The notes beneath the pieces are model-generated. The model was not told the origin of the DNA and ran no database searches. It saw nothing but the letters and a program-made list of their open reading frames with translations. Positions 24,306-36,670 of a DNA stretch of 64,000 nt are shown one piece after another (the first letter of the stretch is position 1; the number at the start of each line of letters is the position of its first letter). Made by a program: the position numbers and the translations under genes. Source of the DNA: Phaeosaccion multiseriatum (lineage: Eukaryota; Protista; Ochrophyta, other classes); the NCBI GenBank assembly GCA_965112735.1, contig OZ218955.1:434001-498000 (forward strand), in the 5' to 3' direction.

Positions 24306-27300
24306 TGCCACCCTCCCCTCCCCTCCCCTCCTCTCCTCTCCAGGGCTTTCACGTCTGCGATACGAACATCGGCCACCAAAGGAGATTGGAAGGGAGCCAT
24401 GGACCTTCTCACTGACATGCTAGAGGCAGCATCCGCCGCAGTAGTTGGTGCTACACCAGTAACAGGTGGTGATGCAGCCTTTGGCGACGCACCACTTTAT
24501 GATACAGCAGTACGGAGGCCCAGAGTTAATGCAACCACGAGGCCCAGGGTCGGGGGGGGAGGAGGAGAGGAGAGAGAGGAGAGGGGAGGTCAGCCGCAGT
24601 CCCCTCCGGATGCCAAGTGCTTCAACGTCGTCATCGCAGCCCTTGCACAAGCGGGACAGACTGACGCAGCCATGAACGTCCTCCGCCTCATGAAGCCGGT
24701 GAGTTGCAGTTTCACGGCCAGTTATACAAGAAGTCTAGAGAGGTGTAGTTGAACGTGTGTATCTTTGTCGGCCTCTTGACGTTTGTCCCTTGCTCCCTTG
24801 TCCTGGCTTGTCCTTGGTCTATCCTCTATTCCTCATCCTGCCCCCTCTCTGCCTTCCCTCCATCTGCTGCCATCCGGCACATTGCCCATCTACTGCCATC
24901 CACCAGGCGGGAGTGCACCCCACCGTCTACTCTTTGACGAGCGCCATCGATGCGTGCGGCAAGGGAGGCAGGCTGGAGGCGGCCTTGGAGCTCTTTCAGG
25001 GCATGGCGTATGAGTACGGGGTGCAAGTAAGTGCGTGGGGATGGCAGGGGATGGCAGGGGATGGCAGGGGATGGCAGTGGATGGTAGTGGGTGGTAGGAT
25101 GGGCTGAGGAAAGGATAGGGCGGCCACGCGATATGACGCAAGGCGAAGGCAAGGGGATCGCTTGCTCCTCTCACTTTACGTAACGGCTGGCTGACCCCAC
25201 ACACGCACCTGACACGCTGTGCATCTGCTGCCATCTTCCATATGTTGCCATCTGTGTGTGCAGCCCAACACGTACACGTACAACACGCTCATCAATGCGT
25301 GTGCGAGGGCCGGGGAGTACGACAGAGCCCTCGAGTTGCTCAGCGACATGGAGAGGAGGGCGGCAGCAGACGCAGCAGTTGGTGATACAGCAGATGCAGC
25401 AGCAGTTGGTGATACAGGGGCAGCGGTGGGGCTGAGCGGAGGGGACGACAGAATTACACTAGGTAAGATTACGTACGTCTTTTCGCCTTTCTTTATACGA
25501 GAGGAGGAGGGTGGTTGTTCACAGCCACACGCACGCACCCACGCACGCACTCACACAAGAGCCCCTCCAGGGGTTGATTCAAGCCTCCCCACTCACCTCC
25601 ACTCGCCCATGCCCATCCCCCCTGCCTGTCCACTGCCATCCCCCCGTCAGGTGTCATGTCGTACACATCGGTGCTGCAGGCATGTGACTCGTGTGACAAG
25701 GTGCAGGCCGTACTGGATCGAATGAAGAGCCATGTGAGTATACAAAGAGGGCAGAGGGTAGAGAGTAGAGAGTTGAGAGTTTCAGTGTAGTATAGTTGCA
25801 ACGATGAGGAGCCTTGTGAGTACACACAGAGAGCAGATAGTATAGAGTGAAGAGCAAAGTGAGTAAGCACAGAGAGTAGGGAGTGAGAGTTAAGTAGCAA
25901 CGATGAGGAGCTGTGAGTACACGGAGAGAGAGGGAGTAGACAGGGCAGAGGGTGGCGAGAGGGAGAGGAGGAATCTAGTTTCTTAGAGCTTTGAGAGTGA
26001 GAGTTTCAGCTGAGACTTTCTCCCTTGGGGCCTTCCTCCCTCCCTTCCTCCCTCCCTTGGGTCTTTCTCTCTCCCTCCCTTCGGTCTTCCTCACGAGCGC
26101 TGCTCCCCCTTCCTTCCCTTCTTTGTGTTGTTTTGGTCCCCTCCCCTCCCCTTCCCCTCCCCCCCAGGGTGTGCCCCCCAACGTGGTGTGGTACACCGCT
26201 GCCATCGCCATGTGCGGCAAACTCGGCAATTGGAAAAGGGCCGAGGCATACTTAGAGGAGGCCATCCTAGACCCGTAAGTCAACGAGAGTGAGAGTGTGG
26301 CGGGTGGAGTGGCTACTTCTTCTCTTTAGTTTAGTTTAGTTGGATTGGATTGGAATTCCACCCCCCTTACCTGTCCCTACCTCTCCCCTCCATCCACTCC
26401 ATCCACTGCCATCTGTCCGTCCCCTGCCATCCACCTTTCTTGTCCCAGTGACGTGTCCGTGAACGTGCGCACTTACAACGCGGCCCTCGGAGCTCTGGCC
26501 AAGGCCGGGGAGGCGGACAGAGCTGTGGGGTTGCTCGAGGAGATGGAGGAGAGCTCCTCAAACTCAAACTCAAACGGAGATGCAGCAAGCGCAAACGCAA
26601 ACTCGGGCTCAAGTTCAAACTCAAACTCAAGCCCAGGCCCAAGTGACCTCTCCAACTCTCCGGCCGCGGCCTTGCTGCAGCCTACTTCCCAGAGCGGACC
26701 CGTTGGTGCTTCGGGCAGCAGTAGCAGCAGCGGTAGCAGCAGCAGCAGCAGTGGCGGTGGCAGTGACCCAGGGGGGACGATTGCGGGGGTGGCAGGGGAG
26801 GAGGAGCGTGCTGCGAGCGGGTCGAGTGGAGCGAATGATGCGGGGCAGAGTGAGCAGGCAACTTCCTCTGCTGCTGCTGCTGTCTCTACTGCAGAGCCTC
26901 AGCAGTTGGTGATACAGCCGCCACAACCACAGCCGCAGCCCGTGCCTTGTCCGAGCCTGCACACGTACAACGCGGCCATTCACGCGTGTGCCAAGGCTGG
27001 AGACTGGGCTTTGGCGCTCTATCTGCTTGGAGAGATTGAGAGGAAGGTAAGTGAGAGGGGTGAGGGAGGAGAGGGAGGCAGGGAGGGAGGGAGGGAGAGA
27101 GAAGGGAGAGAAGGAGGGAGGGGAGGAAAGGGGAGTGGAGTGGAGTGGAGGGGAGGGGAGGGAGAGAGGGAGGGAGTGAAGGAAAGGGGAGAGAGGGCGA
27201 CGGAGAGACCCCCACTGAAGCTCACTCAATAACAAATGGAACCTGAAAAACCGCCCCCATCCACTGCCATCCACCCCCATCCACTGCCATCCGTCCCCAA

Positions 27301-29241
27301 ACAGGGCTTGGTGCCGGACGTCTACAGTTACAACGGGGCCCTTGACGCATGCAATAAGGGGGGCGTTTCGGACGCTGTGAGTGCCCTGCTGGAGAGGATG
27401 CGCTGCCAGGGCTTGGTGCGGGACGCGTTTTCGTACTCGGCTGCCATCGCGGCTTGCAGGAAGGGCGGGGACACCGCTGTGGCACTCGCTTTGCTGGACG
27501 AGATGAGAGATGTCGATGGGTGAGTGACACGTGTGGCTGGGTGGGTGGGAGTGAGTGGGTGGGTGCGTGGGTGAGTGAATGAGGTATGCGGGTGGGTGAG
27601 TGAGTGGGTGAGACATGTGGGTGGGTGGGTGAGTGAGTGAGTAGAGGGCAGTGTATGGGCGTGAGGGTGTAAGGGGCAGGCCGGCAGGCAGGCAGTGGTG
27701 GTCGCGTTACGTTGCTCACTCCCACCTCCTCTCCCCCACTGCCATCCCACCCCCTCCTCCATCCACTGCCATCCCACCCCCTCCTCCATCCACTGCCATC
27801 CCATGCCCACCCCCCACACAGGCTGCCCCCCTCTGACTACCACTACAGCAGCGCTGTGGGAGCGGCGTGTACGGACGGCGATTGGCTCACTGCCCAGGGC
27901 CTGTTGAGGAGGATGCGTGGAGAGGGCATGGTGCCGGATACCGCCACTTACGCTGCGGCAATCTGTGTTGCTGCCAAGGCAGACCAGCCAGATAGGTCAG
28001 TGTGTGTGTGTGTGTGTGCGTTTGTGTGTAGTATGCGTGTGTGTGTGTGTTGTGGGTGTGGACGCTTGTGTGTTCAACTGCCCTTCTGCAAACAACCAAC
28101 CAACCATCCCCTTACGTAAGGGAACATAACAAACATACAACCCCCTTGCATGACGTAACAGGGCGAGCGAGATGCTCGCGGAGATGCAGTCGCTTGGCCA
28201 CCCCCCCTCCCTGGCCTGTCACCACGCCATCCTTGCCGCACATGCCAGCCGCGGAGACACTGCTCGGACCTTCGCCCTGCTGACAGACATGAAGGCCAAG
28301 GGGGTTCATCCCGATGCTCATACATACGCCATTGTGTCGCATAGCCTGGCCACCAGCGACGCGGGCCGAGAGGAGGTGAGGAGGAGAGGGAGAGAGGGAG
28401 GGAGGGAGGGAGGGAGGGAGGGAGGGAGGGAGGGATGGAGGGAGGGAGGGAGAGGCACTATGTCATTCATTGACTCAATCAACTCAAACTCACACTCACA
28501 CATACATACTCACCGTGCCCTTCCCTCTGTTCCATCTCCATTACCTCTCAGGTGAGCGAGCTCCTTGCAAGCATGCGTGAACTCGGCATCATGCAGGCTC
28601 CCATCACCTCCTCCGCAGTAGCCCCACCACCCCCCTTCAGGTTCAGCAGCAGTAGCAGCACCAGCAGCAGCAGTTACAGCAGTTTCAGTCGCGTCAACCG
28701 AGCGCTGTCCGAGGAGGAACGGCAGAAGCGCAAGCAGTATCGTAGAGGGACGGGGAGGAGGAGCTCCACTTCAGGCACTTCAGGCTTGCTGCAGGACCTT
28801 ATCCGAAGGAGTGGACCTGCGGCAGCGGGGGGTGTTTCGGATGGGTCAGGGGCAGTAGCAGGGGCAGGCGTTGGTGGTGCAGCAGTAGGAGCAGTTGGTG
28901 GTGCAACAGCAACAGGGCCCGGTGCTGCTCCGGTGGCTCGGGTGGCTTCCCCTTACTCCGCTGCCGCCGCCGCCATTGAAGCCGCCTTTGGACCCTCCTT
29001 CGGAAGAGGCAAGAGGGGACCGGGGGGGTTGAGTAGGCCGCACCTTACAGCTGCAGAGGCGTCAGCGGAAGCGGCGGCGGCTGCTTCAGAGGCCTTGGCG
29101 GCGCTGAGGGATGCGACAGCTCAAGCGGAGGAGGAGGCCGCAGCAGCGCTGGGGAGGAGCGAGGCGGCCATTCGGGCAGCAGCAGCGCAGGTGGTGGCGG
29201 AGGAGGAGGAAGAGGCGGAGAGGAAGAGCAAGGCGCAGTAA
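19013..29241 (+). CDS. Large PPR protein, about 21 exons (start codon uncertain: 19013 or 19085)
   Basis: Exons 19013-19554, 19823-20366, 20708-20887, 21156-21242, 21501-21622, 21732-22059, 22271-22349, 22557-22753, 23222-23371, 23529-23816, 23923-24143, 24344-24698, 24907-25026, 25264-25462, 25651-25733, 26168-26274, 26449-27046, 27305-27519, 27822-27995, 28162-28375, 28552-29241. GT-AG phases are consistent. Many PPR motifs (PNTYTYNTLINACARAGEYDRALELLSDM; PDVYSYNGALDACNKGG). Confidence 0.85.
20938..20987. repeat. 22-bp intronic tandem duplication
   Basis: agaacattggccctacaactgt x2 plus a partial copy. Confidence 0.85.
23030..23215. repeat. Intronic ~24-bp minisatellite (cacctctaccctgccctgcccata)
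   Basis: About 6-7 degenerate copies just upstream of the acceptor at 23221. Confidence 0.8.
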
Positions 29242-29291
29242 CAGCTGTAGCGGCAGCAGGAGGACCAGCGGTGGTAGCTGCAGGAGTAGTC

Positions 29292-29333
<42 letters not shown>

Positions 29334-29888
29334 GCAGCCGCAGCAGTGACAATTTAGTTACCTCAACCCCCCCTTCTCTCGGGAGGGAGAGATACAGCAG
29401 AAGGAGAGAGACAGAGACGGCTGCTCAAAGCAGTACTGCAGCAGAGCAAGCGACAGAAGCACGACCGTCTACCTTTTAACTTAAAATCAAAGAGACCTAC
29501 CGATCCAACCGACACGGGTGGAGGCTGTGTTATGGTGCTTGCTGTGTGCGCTGTGATGATGTGATGTGATGCTGTCACCTCCCCTCCAACCTCCTTCCTA
29601 TCATACGAAGAGCTTCCGCAGCCTCCTGTCCGTTCGAGCAATCACACCGATGGAGGCTGGCCACTGGCCAAGTACATGCCCATCCTGGACTCGGAAACCA
29701 TCCTTCGCCTCTCTGTAACAAAACTGGTTATATTTCGACGGGAGGGTGATAAAGCTATAAAAGGAGCGGTATCGGTCTACTCCTTAACGGACTCGTGTGT
29801 TTACTATACGAAGCCAAGGCCTCAAGCTACTTGCGCCCCCAAGGGAGAGGAAGAAGTGGGTGGTAGGAGCCCCTTTCCTCCTCCAACC

Positions 29889-32480
29889 TCAACCTCCCCC
29901 CCCCTCAGCCTCTTCGCCCTCCTCTTCCTCATCCTCCTCCACCTCCTCCCCCCTCAAGGCAGCCTCGTACTCCTTCTTGCTAATCTTGCCCTTGCGGAGC
30001 CGTTTGTGCAGCCTCTCCTCCAGTGCCAATTCATCCCACTCCTCCATGATCGTGGCATGCTTGCTCTTCTTGGTCTTCTTTGCTATCCGAATCGCCTCCT
30101 CCTTCTCCTTCTGCTCCCTCCTCTTGTCCTTCAACCTTTGCTTGGCTGCCTCCTTTCCCCCCTCCGATGCCTCCTGTAACCGCCTCTCGTCGTGCTCCTT
30201 CTTGAGTCCCTCCAACCTCTTCTTCCTCGCCTTCTCCCTCGTCTTGTCACTGTACTCAATGGCCGCCGTGTCCAGCCCTGCCTCCTCTTCAAAGCCAAGG
30301 TTTTGCATGTTCACATCCTTCAATTCCTTGATTTTTGGCATCTTGAGCAGGGAGAATCCACGTGCAGCGGCGGCAAGGTCGAGTTCGTTGAAGCGGAAGA
30401 TGAATTGGCACTGGTGCTCTCGGTAGGCCCGTACGAACGAGATGAAGGCACGTGTGCCCTTCTCAAGCAGGTCGCGATCACTCTTGACCATCTGCTTGAC
30501 CCGCGTTCCGGGATCCTGTGCCGGGCCTTGTGGTGATACCTCGCCATCTGTAAACATGTCCCTCTCCTCCATGGGCACCCCTCTCCTTCGCAGGAACTCA
30601 ATGTACGCGTCCTCCGGTTCTGTGAGAAGCGTGAGAGAAGCACCAACACGCCCCGCCCGCGCCGTCCGCCCCACTCGATGCACGAAGAAGGACGGGTCTG
30701 TTGGGGGGTCGAACTGTACGATCCAATCGACGTCAGGAATGTCAATGCCCCTCGCTGCTACATCGGTGCACACGAGCAGACCGCGGGGCGCGCTGGAGAA
30801 GCTCTGAAACACCCCGGCACGCCGCTTCTGCACCATCCTCCCGTGAAGGGCAAACACGGGACAGTCCATCTGTGAAGAAGATGCGCCCCCCTCCTCCTCG
30901 TCCCCCTCCTCGTCCTCGTCCTCGACCTCGTGGTCTTCGCCCTCCCCCTTCTTTTTATTCTTCTTGTTCTTGTTCTTGTTCTTCTTCTTGTCGTTGTTGC
31001 TGTGGTCCTGTACCACCAACAGCTGCTCCAGTACCTTGGAGTAGAAATCCACGCTCGCGCAAGTGACGAGGAAGATGATGACCTTGGTGTCAGGATGCGT
31101 CCGGAGAAAGCCCACCAACTGTCGTAGCTTCTCATCGGCGGCGCACTTGATGTAATAGTTGCGCAGCGTGGAGGGGGTGGCTTGCTGTAAGTTGCTGCTC
31201 TGTGAGTGCACTGCCACACACACAGAGGTCGGGTTGCGAAGCCCCGCGCGAGCAAGGTCCTTGACCTGCTTCGTTTGTGTGGCTGAGAAGAGGCCGGTCC
31301 TTCTCTGCTTGGGAAGGACCTTGAGAATGGAGGAGAGAGTCGCCATGAATCCCATGTCAAGTAGCGTGTCGGCTTCGTCAAGGAGCAGCACCTCCAGCTC
31401 CTTCACGTTGAATATGCCGAAGTGCCCCAGCAAGTGGTCCAGTCTGCCTGGTGTGCCCACAAGCACATTGGCTCCCTTCTCCTGGAAGGCCTCCACCATG
31501 CCGTCCACGCCGGTCCCGCCCACCGCCAGTACGGGTTTCAGTTCCTCCACGTGGAGCGCAAAGTGCTTCAACACTTTGAAGATTTGTCCGGCAAGCTCTC
31601 GGGTCGGTGTGATGATAATGGCCCCGATCTGATGCTTCTTGAGCGGAGTTTCTCTGCGGAGAATCATCTCCACGAGCGGAATGACAAAGGCCAGCGTCTT
31701 TCCCGAACCCGTCACGGCCTCCACGCACACATCCTTCTTGCGCAGGAAGAGGGGGATGGTGGCGGCCTGCACAGGTGTCATATGCGAGAACCCCAGCGCG
31801 TCCACCGCGGAGAGGCACTCTTTGCTTAGAGCAGGGGTGCAGCTGCGGAAGGAGAGCCCCGCCGCCGCGCCCCCGCCCTTACCAGACCCCCCCCGGCCAC
31901 CGCCGGCACCTGTTGGTGATACGGCAGAAGCGCTTGCTCTGCCTGGAAGTCGACCTCCCGACTCCTCTTCATCTCCTTCTCCCGCGTGGACCATTTGTTC
32001 ATCCTTCTCGCCTCCTTCACCGTTGACCTCCTCCTCTTCCTCATCATCACTATCAGCCGTGCTCCCTGCTGTCTCTGCTGCCTTCGTCTCTTTATCGCGC
32101 CCGCTTCCACAACTTGCCCCTCCGCCTCCCACCCCACCATCATCTCTGACACCCTCCCCTTTCTTCATATTTTTCTTCTGCTTCTTCTTCTGCTTCTTCA
32201 AATGTATCTTCCCGCTTGAAGGGCCTGAAGTGCCTCCTGCTGCGGCCACGAGCCGGCCATGGGATGCGGCAGGCCCTCCTCTCTGCTGCTGCTGAGCAAG
32301 AGCATCACCGCTCCGCTTGCGCTTCTTGCTGCCGCTGCTACTGCTGGTGCTGCTTCCCTTCTTCGTACCGCCGCTGCCATTGCCAGGAGACTTGCCCGGC
32401 TTCATCCTGGCTTCCATGCTTGACGAGTGCGCGGCCTTTGGTTCACACTCCAAATGACGACGATGATCGGATTCCAACAT
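29889..32480 (-). CDS. DDX55: DEAD-box RNA helicase DDX55/Spb4, intronless
   Basis: Q motif MTPVQAATIPLF, AVTGSGKT, PTRELA, GTPGRL, LDEAD, LFSAT, TDVAARGID, HRVGRTAR, and Spb4-specific AFISFVRAYREHQCQFIFR with a basic tail. Confidence 0.95.
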   Translation of the reverse strand: MLESDHRRHLECEPKAAHSSSMEARMKPGKSPGNGSGGTKKGSSTSSSSGSKKRKRSGDALAQQQQRGGPAASHGRLVAAAGGTSGPSSGKIHLKKQKKKQKKNMKKGEGVRDDGGVGGGGASCGSGRDKETKAAETAGSTADSDDEEEEEVNGEGGEKDEQMVHAGEGDEEESGGRLPGRASASAVSPTGAGGGRGGSGKGGGAAAGLSFRSCTPALSKECLSAVDALGFSHMTPVQAATIPLFLRKKDVCVEAVTGSGKTLAFVIPLVEMILRRETPLKKHQIGAIIITPTRELAGQIFKVLKHFALHVEELKPVLAVGGTGVDGMVEAFQEKGANVLVGTPGRLDHLLGHFGIFNVKELEVLLLDEADTLLDMGFMATLSSILKVLPKQRRTGLFSATQTKQVKDLARAGLRNPTSVCVAVHSQSSNLQQATPSTLRNYYIKCAADEKLRQLVGFLRTHPDTKVIIFLVTCASVDFYSKVLEQLLVVQDHSNNDKKKNKNKNKKNKKKGEGEDHEVEDEDEEGDEEEGGASSSQMDCPVFALHGRMVQKRRAGVFQSFSSAPRGLLVCTDVAARGIDIPDVDWIVQFDPPTDPSFFVHRVGRTARAGRVGASLTLLTEPEDAYIEFLRRRGVPMEERDMFTDGEVSPQGPAQDPGTRVKQMVKSDRDLLEKGTRAFISFVRAYREHQCQFIFRFNELDLAAAARGFSLLKMPKIKELKDVNMQNLGFEEEAGLDTAAIEYSDKTREKARKKRLEGLKKEHDERRLQEASEGGKEAAKQRLKDKRREQKEKEEAIRIAKKTKKSKHATIMEEWDELALEERLHKRLRKGKISKKEYEAALRGEEVEEDEEEEGEEAEGGGG

Positions 32481-32909
32481 GTGAGCCAGCGACCGTGGAT
32501 CCTCTCGGAAGGATGATGTTGAAATAGATCAAATCCTGACCGCGCAGGACCGCGGCGCGGCCCTCTGAGTTGCCACCAGTATGGTGGACGTAAGCGAGGA
32601 GGAGGACCGCAGGATACTCAGCCCTCTTCCTCGCAACGGGCGGCCCGAAGACCTGGCACTGCAAGAGTAAATGGAATAAAGGATTGGTACGGGATGTGGA
32701 TAACTCTTTCTCTAACAAACGTAGTTCTTCTCGGTCTGCGCGACAATTGGCTCGTAGGTAAGAAGGTAGTTAAGCGGGACGGGAGGAAAGCTGGAAAGCA
32801 AAGAGAGAGATCCAGGGTGCATGCATGGCAATGGCAATGAAGGCGTCCGAGGTACATTCTGAGAAGACACGTTGCGCGACCGAGAACATGGTATTTTGTG
32901 CTGCTGTCT

Positions 32910-33490
32910 GTGTACGGAAGGAGGTGAGGGTGTTGACGAAAGGAGATGAGGGTGTTGACGATGTCTCAGCACGAGAACCTCGTGCCACTACGGGGCGTCT
33001 GCATGGACCCGAGCAGCTTGGTGTACCCACTCATGAGGGGAGGCAGCTTGGACGCGTATCTACCCGTCTGTGCAACGCCACAGGGAGGGTCGGAGCGAGT
33101 GCCGCTGTCCGCTCCGAGACGCTTGGCATAGTGGTCGGCGTTGCCAAAGCTCTGATGTACCTGCACAGCGAGGGAATCATCCACCCGGATGTGAAGCCCC
33201 ACAACATCGTCTTGTAGGAGGAGGTGAGTGAGGGGGACGCCTCCCTGGGAGTGCGTCGGGGGGACGTCGGAATTGCTCGGGTTTCCGATGCGACATGAGG
33301 GCAACGGTAGGATCGGGCATGACGGCATGACAGGACCGGGCTTATACATGGACCGGGAACTACATGCGTTGCGGTAAGCCCAGGTGTGAGCACGATGTGT
33401 ACTCTCTGAGCGTGGAATACAACACTGGAACACGTTTGTGGGTTAGAAGAGAAGTCGTATGCTGTATGCCGTGGTCAGCGGGGGCGCGGA
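32910..33490 (+). pseudogene. Degenerate IRAK/Pelle- or TKL-like protein kinase
   Basis: Subdomains lie in different frames: VLTMSQHENLVPLRGVCMDPSSLVYPLMRGGSL; GIVVGVAKALMYLHSEGIIHPDVKPHNIVL followed by TAG; GDVGIAR; MLYAVVSG. A ~22-nt tandem duplication at 32921-32960, frameshifts and stops disrupt the frame. Confidence 0.75.
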
Positions 33491-34412
33491 GGAGACCCTT
33501 CGACCCTTCCACCTAGCTCGGATGAATGAATCCATCAATGAGATTTATTCATTCGAGAAGTATGTAGTACTACGTATTAAGTATATATATTATTGGGGGG
33601 TCGGACAGAGCCCCAAACAGCCCAAGCAGGCACCAGAATACTTGGTGCGATTGAAAAGCCTGCCCTGTGACCCCTTCACTTCTTTAATTACATCTCCAAG
33701 GCGTAGTTACTGCTGCTGCTCTGCTACACCTCGTCTCTGAGGAACCGTTTCTTTTGTGATGGACCGAACGAAAGGCGCCGTCCCTGTACTCCCAACAACG
33801 AAGTCTCCAAGGCCATCGGGTAGAGTCCGATCGCTGCTGCTCCCACCGCTGAGCTGCTGATGCTGTATCACCAACTACTGCGCTTGATTAAGCCACGACC
33901 ATTGACCCACGCCACGCACTCAAGGCTGTCTGCTGCCTTCCCTGACTTCCCGGCCGTGTTGCAGCCAAGGCCCGACGGTGGCACTCTTTCCTCCCCGAAG
34001 CGTTACGGGACGGAAACGCCATCCTACTGCTGTATCACAACTGCTGCTGCTGCTTCTGCTGCTGTATCACCAACTGCTGCTCCTGCTGTTGCCGCTGCTA
34101 TCTATGCACGGAGGCCATTTGCTCCATCTTGGCTCAATGCAGGAAAAGCAATCCTCCTCCAACAGCAGGCAGAAGTAGCAGCAGCCGTAGCGGCAGCATC
34201 AGTTGGTGATACGGCAGCAGCAGCTCCCCCTCCCTCGGTCCCAACACTCTCTGTGCCTGCCCTGACACAGGCCATGTCACTCCTGTTCGTGTCCCTCTCC
34301 TTGCCCCTCTCCTAATCCGTAGTAAATTCGCCGTGCCACCATCTCCACATCGGCACATCGTGCTACGACTGAGACCATGATTGAGCTGCTCAAACTGAAA
34401 CTGAAACTGTAG

Positions 34413-35704
<1,292 letters not shown>

Positions 35705-36670
35705 CTTGTCTGGTCCTATGCTGCCCCCCCCTCTCCCCTTCCGCCTTCAACTCACTGCTACTGCTGCTGATGATCCGTCTGAAATCGGCTGCTTACCCTC
35801 CTTCCTTCCTGTTGCTCCTGAAAGCGGTTGTCTCTATCTTTTTGTCCTAGAGAGGGGCAGGGGGGGGGGGTGTGGTGCAGACGACACGGCCAAGATTTAA
35901 CGGACGGAAATATTTATCGACATTGCCCGGGCCGTCTGATGCGAAGAGACGCAGCAGCTGCACCCAAAGCACACGCCTCGCTCTTCTGTCAAGGCCCCTA
36001 CTTTAACCTCCTCCCGCATGTGCTATGCTCTCTCCCTGCCGGGATCTCAGGCAGCGACATGGTTCCACCCCACCCTGTCATCTCTGCTTCTATCGGCCCA
36101 TAGGCATCGCCTTCTCTCCCTTCGACCTCTCCAAGAGGATTCTAGTCTCACGGCCCCTCTTACCTGTTAGGCCTCTTCCACTCCTGCTGCTTTCTTTGTC
36201 AGCAAGTGCAGTTATCCAGAAATCATCCAGTTGTCGTTACCCGCCCCATGCCCGTATGCCTGGAAATTTTCGTGTGACACGACGGCGCGGGGAGCAACAA
36301 CCATTTTTGTACCATTGTATCACAAATTTTAAAGACCCGCAGAGAAGGAGGAAGAGGAGGGAAAGCAGGAGCAACATGCCTCACATCTGCTTGATTTATG
36401 GTGAAGAAGACGGAGAAGCGGTAAAGCAGCAGCCGCACCTTGTCCCAACTGTGGCAGAAGTAGCAGCTCATCTATCAACACGGCACCGAATGGTAACAGC
36501 TGCGGTGCCCCACTTCCATCGTCTACCGGAGTCCTGTGCGCGGCAGGGAGGGGATTGGAGGAAGGCTTCAGCCCACCTTCAGCGGAGGCGGAGAGGGACA
36601 GAGCACGGCGCAGCCAGGCACACCAAGCCACCACCACCACCACCACGGAAGAGCGCAGCGTGTGGAAGAC

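Noticed and set aside
33215-33330. Stop-codon reassignment or readthrough in the kinase
   Set aside because: TAA, TAG and TGA all terminate well-supported genes here, conserved genes have no internal stops, and the kinase also has frameshifts.
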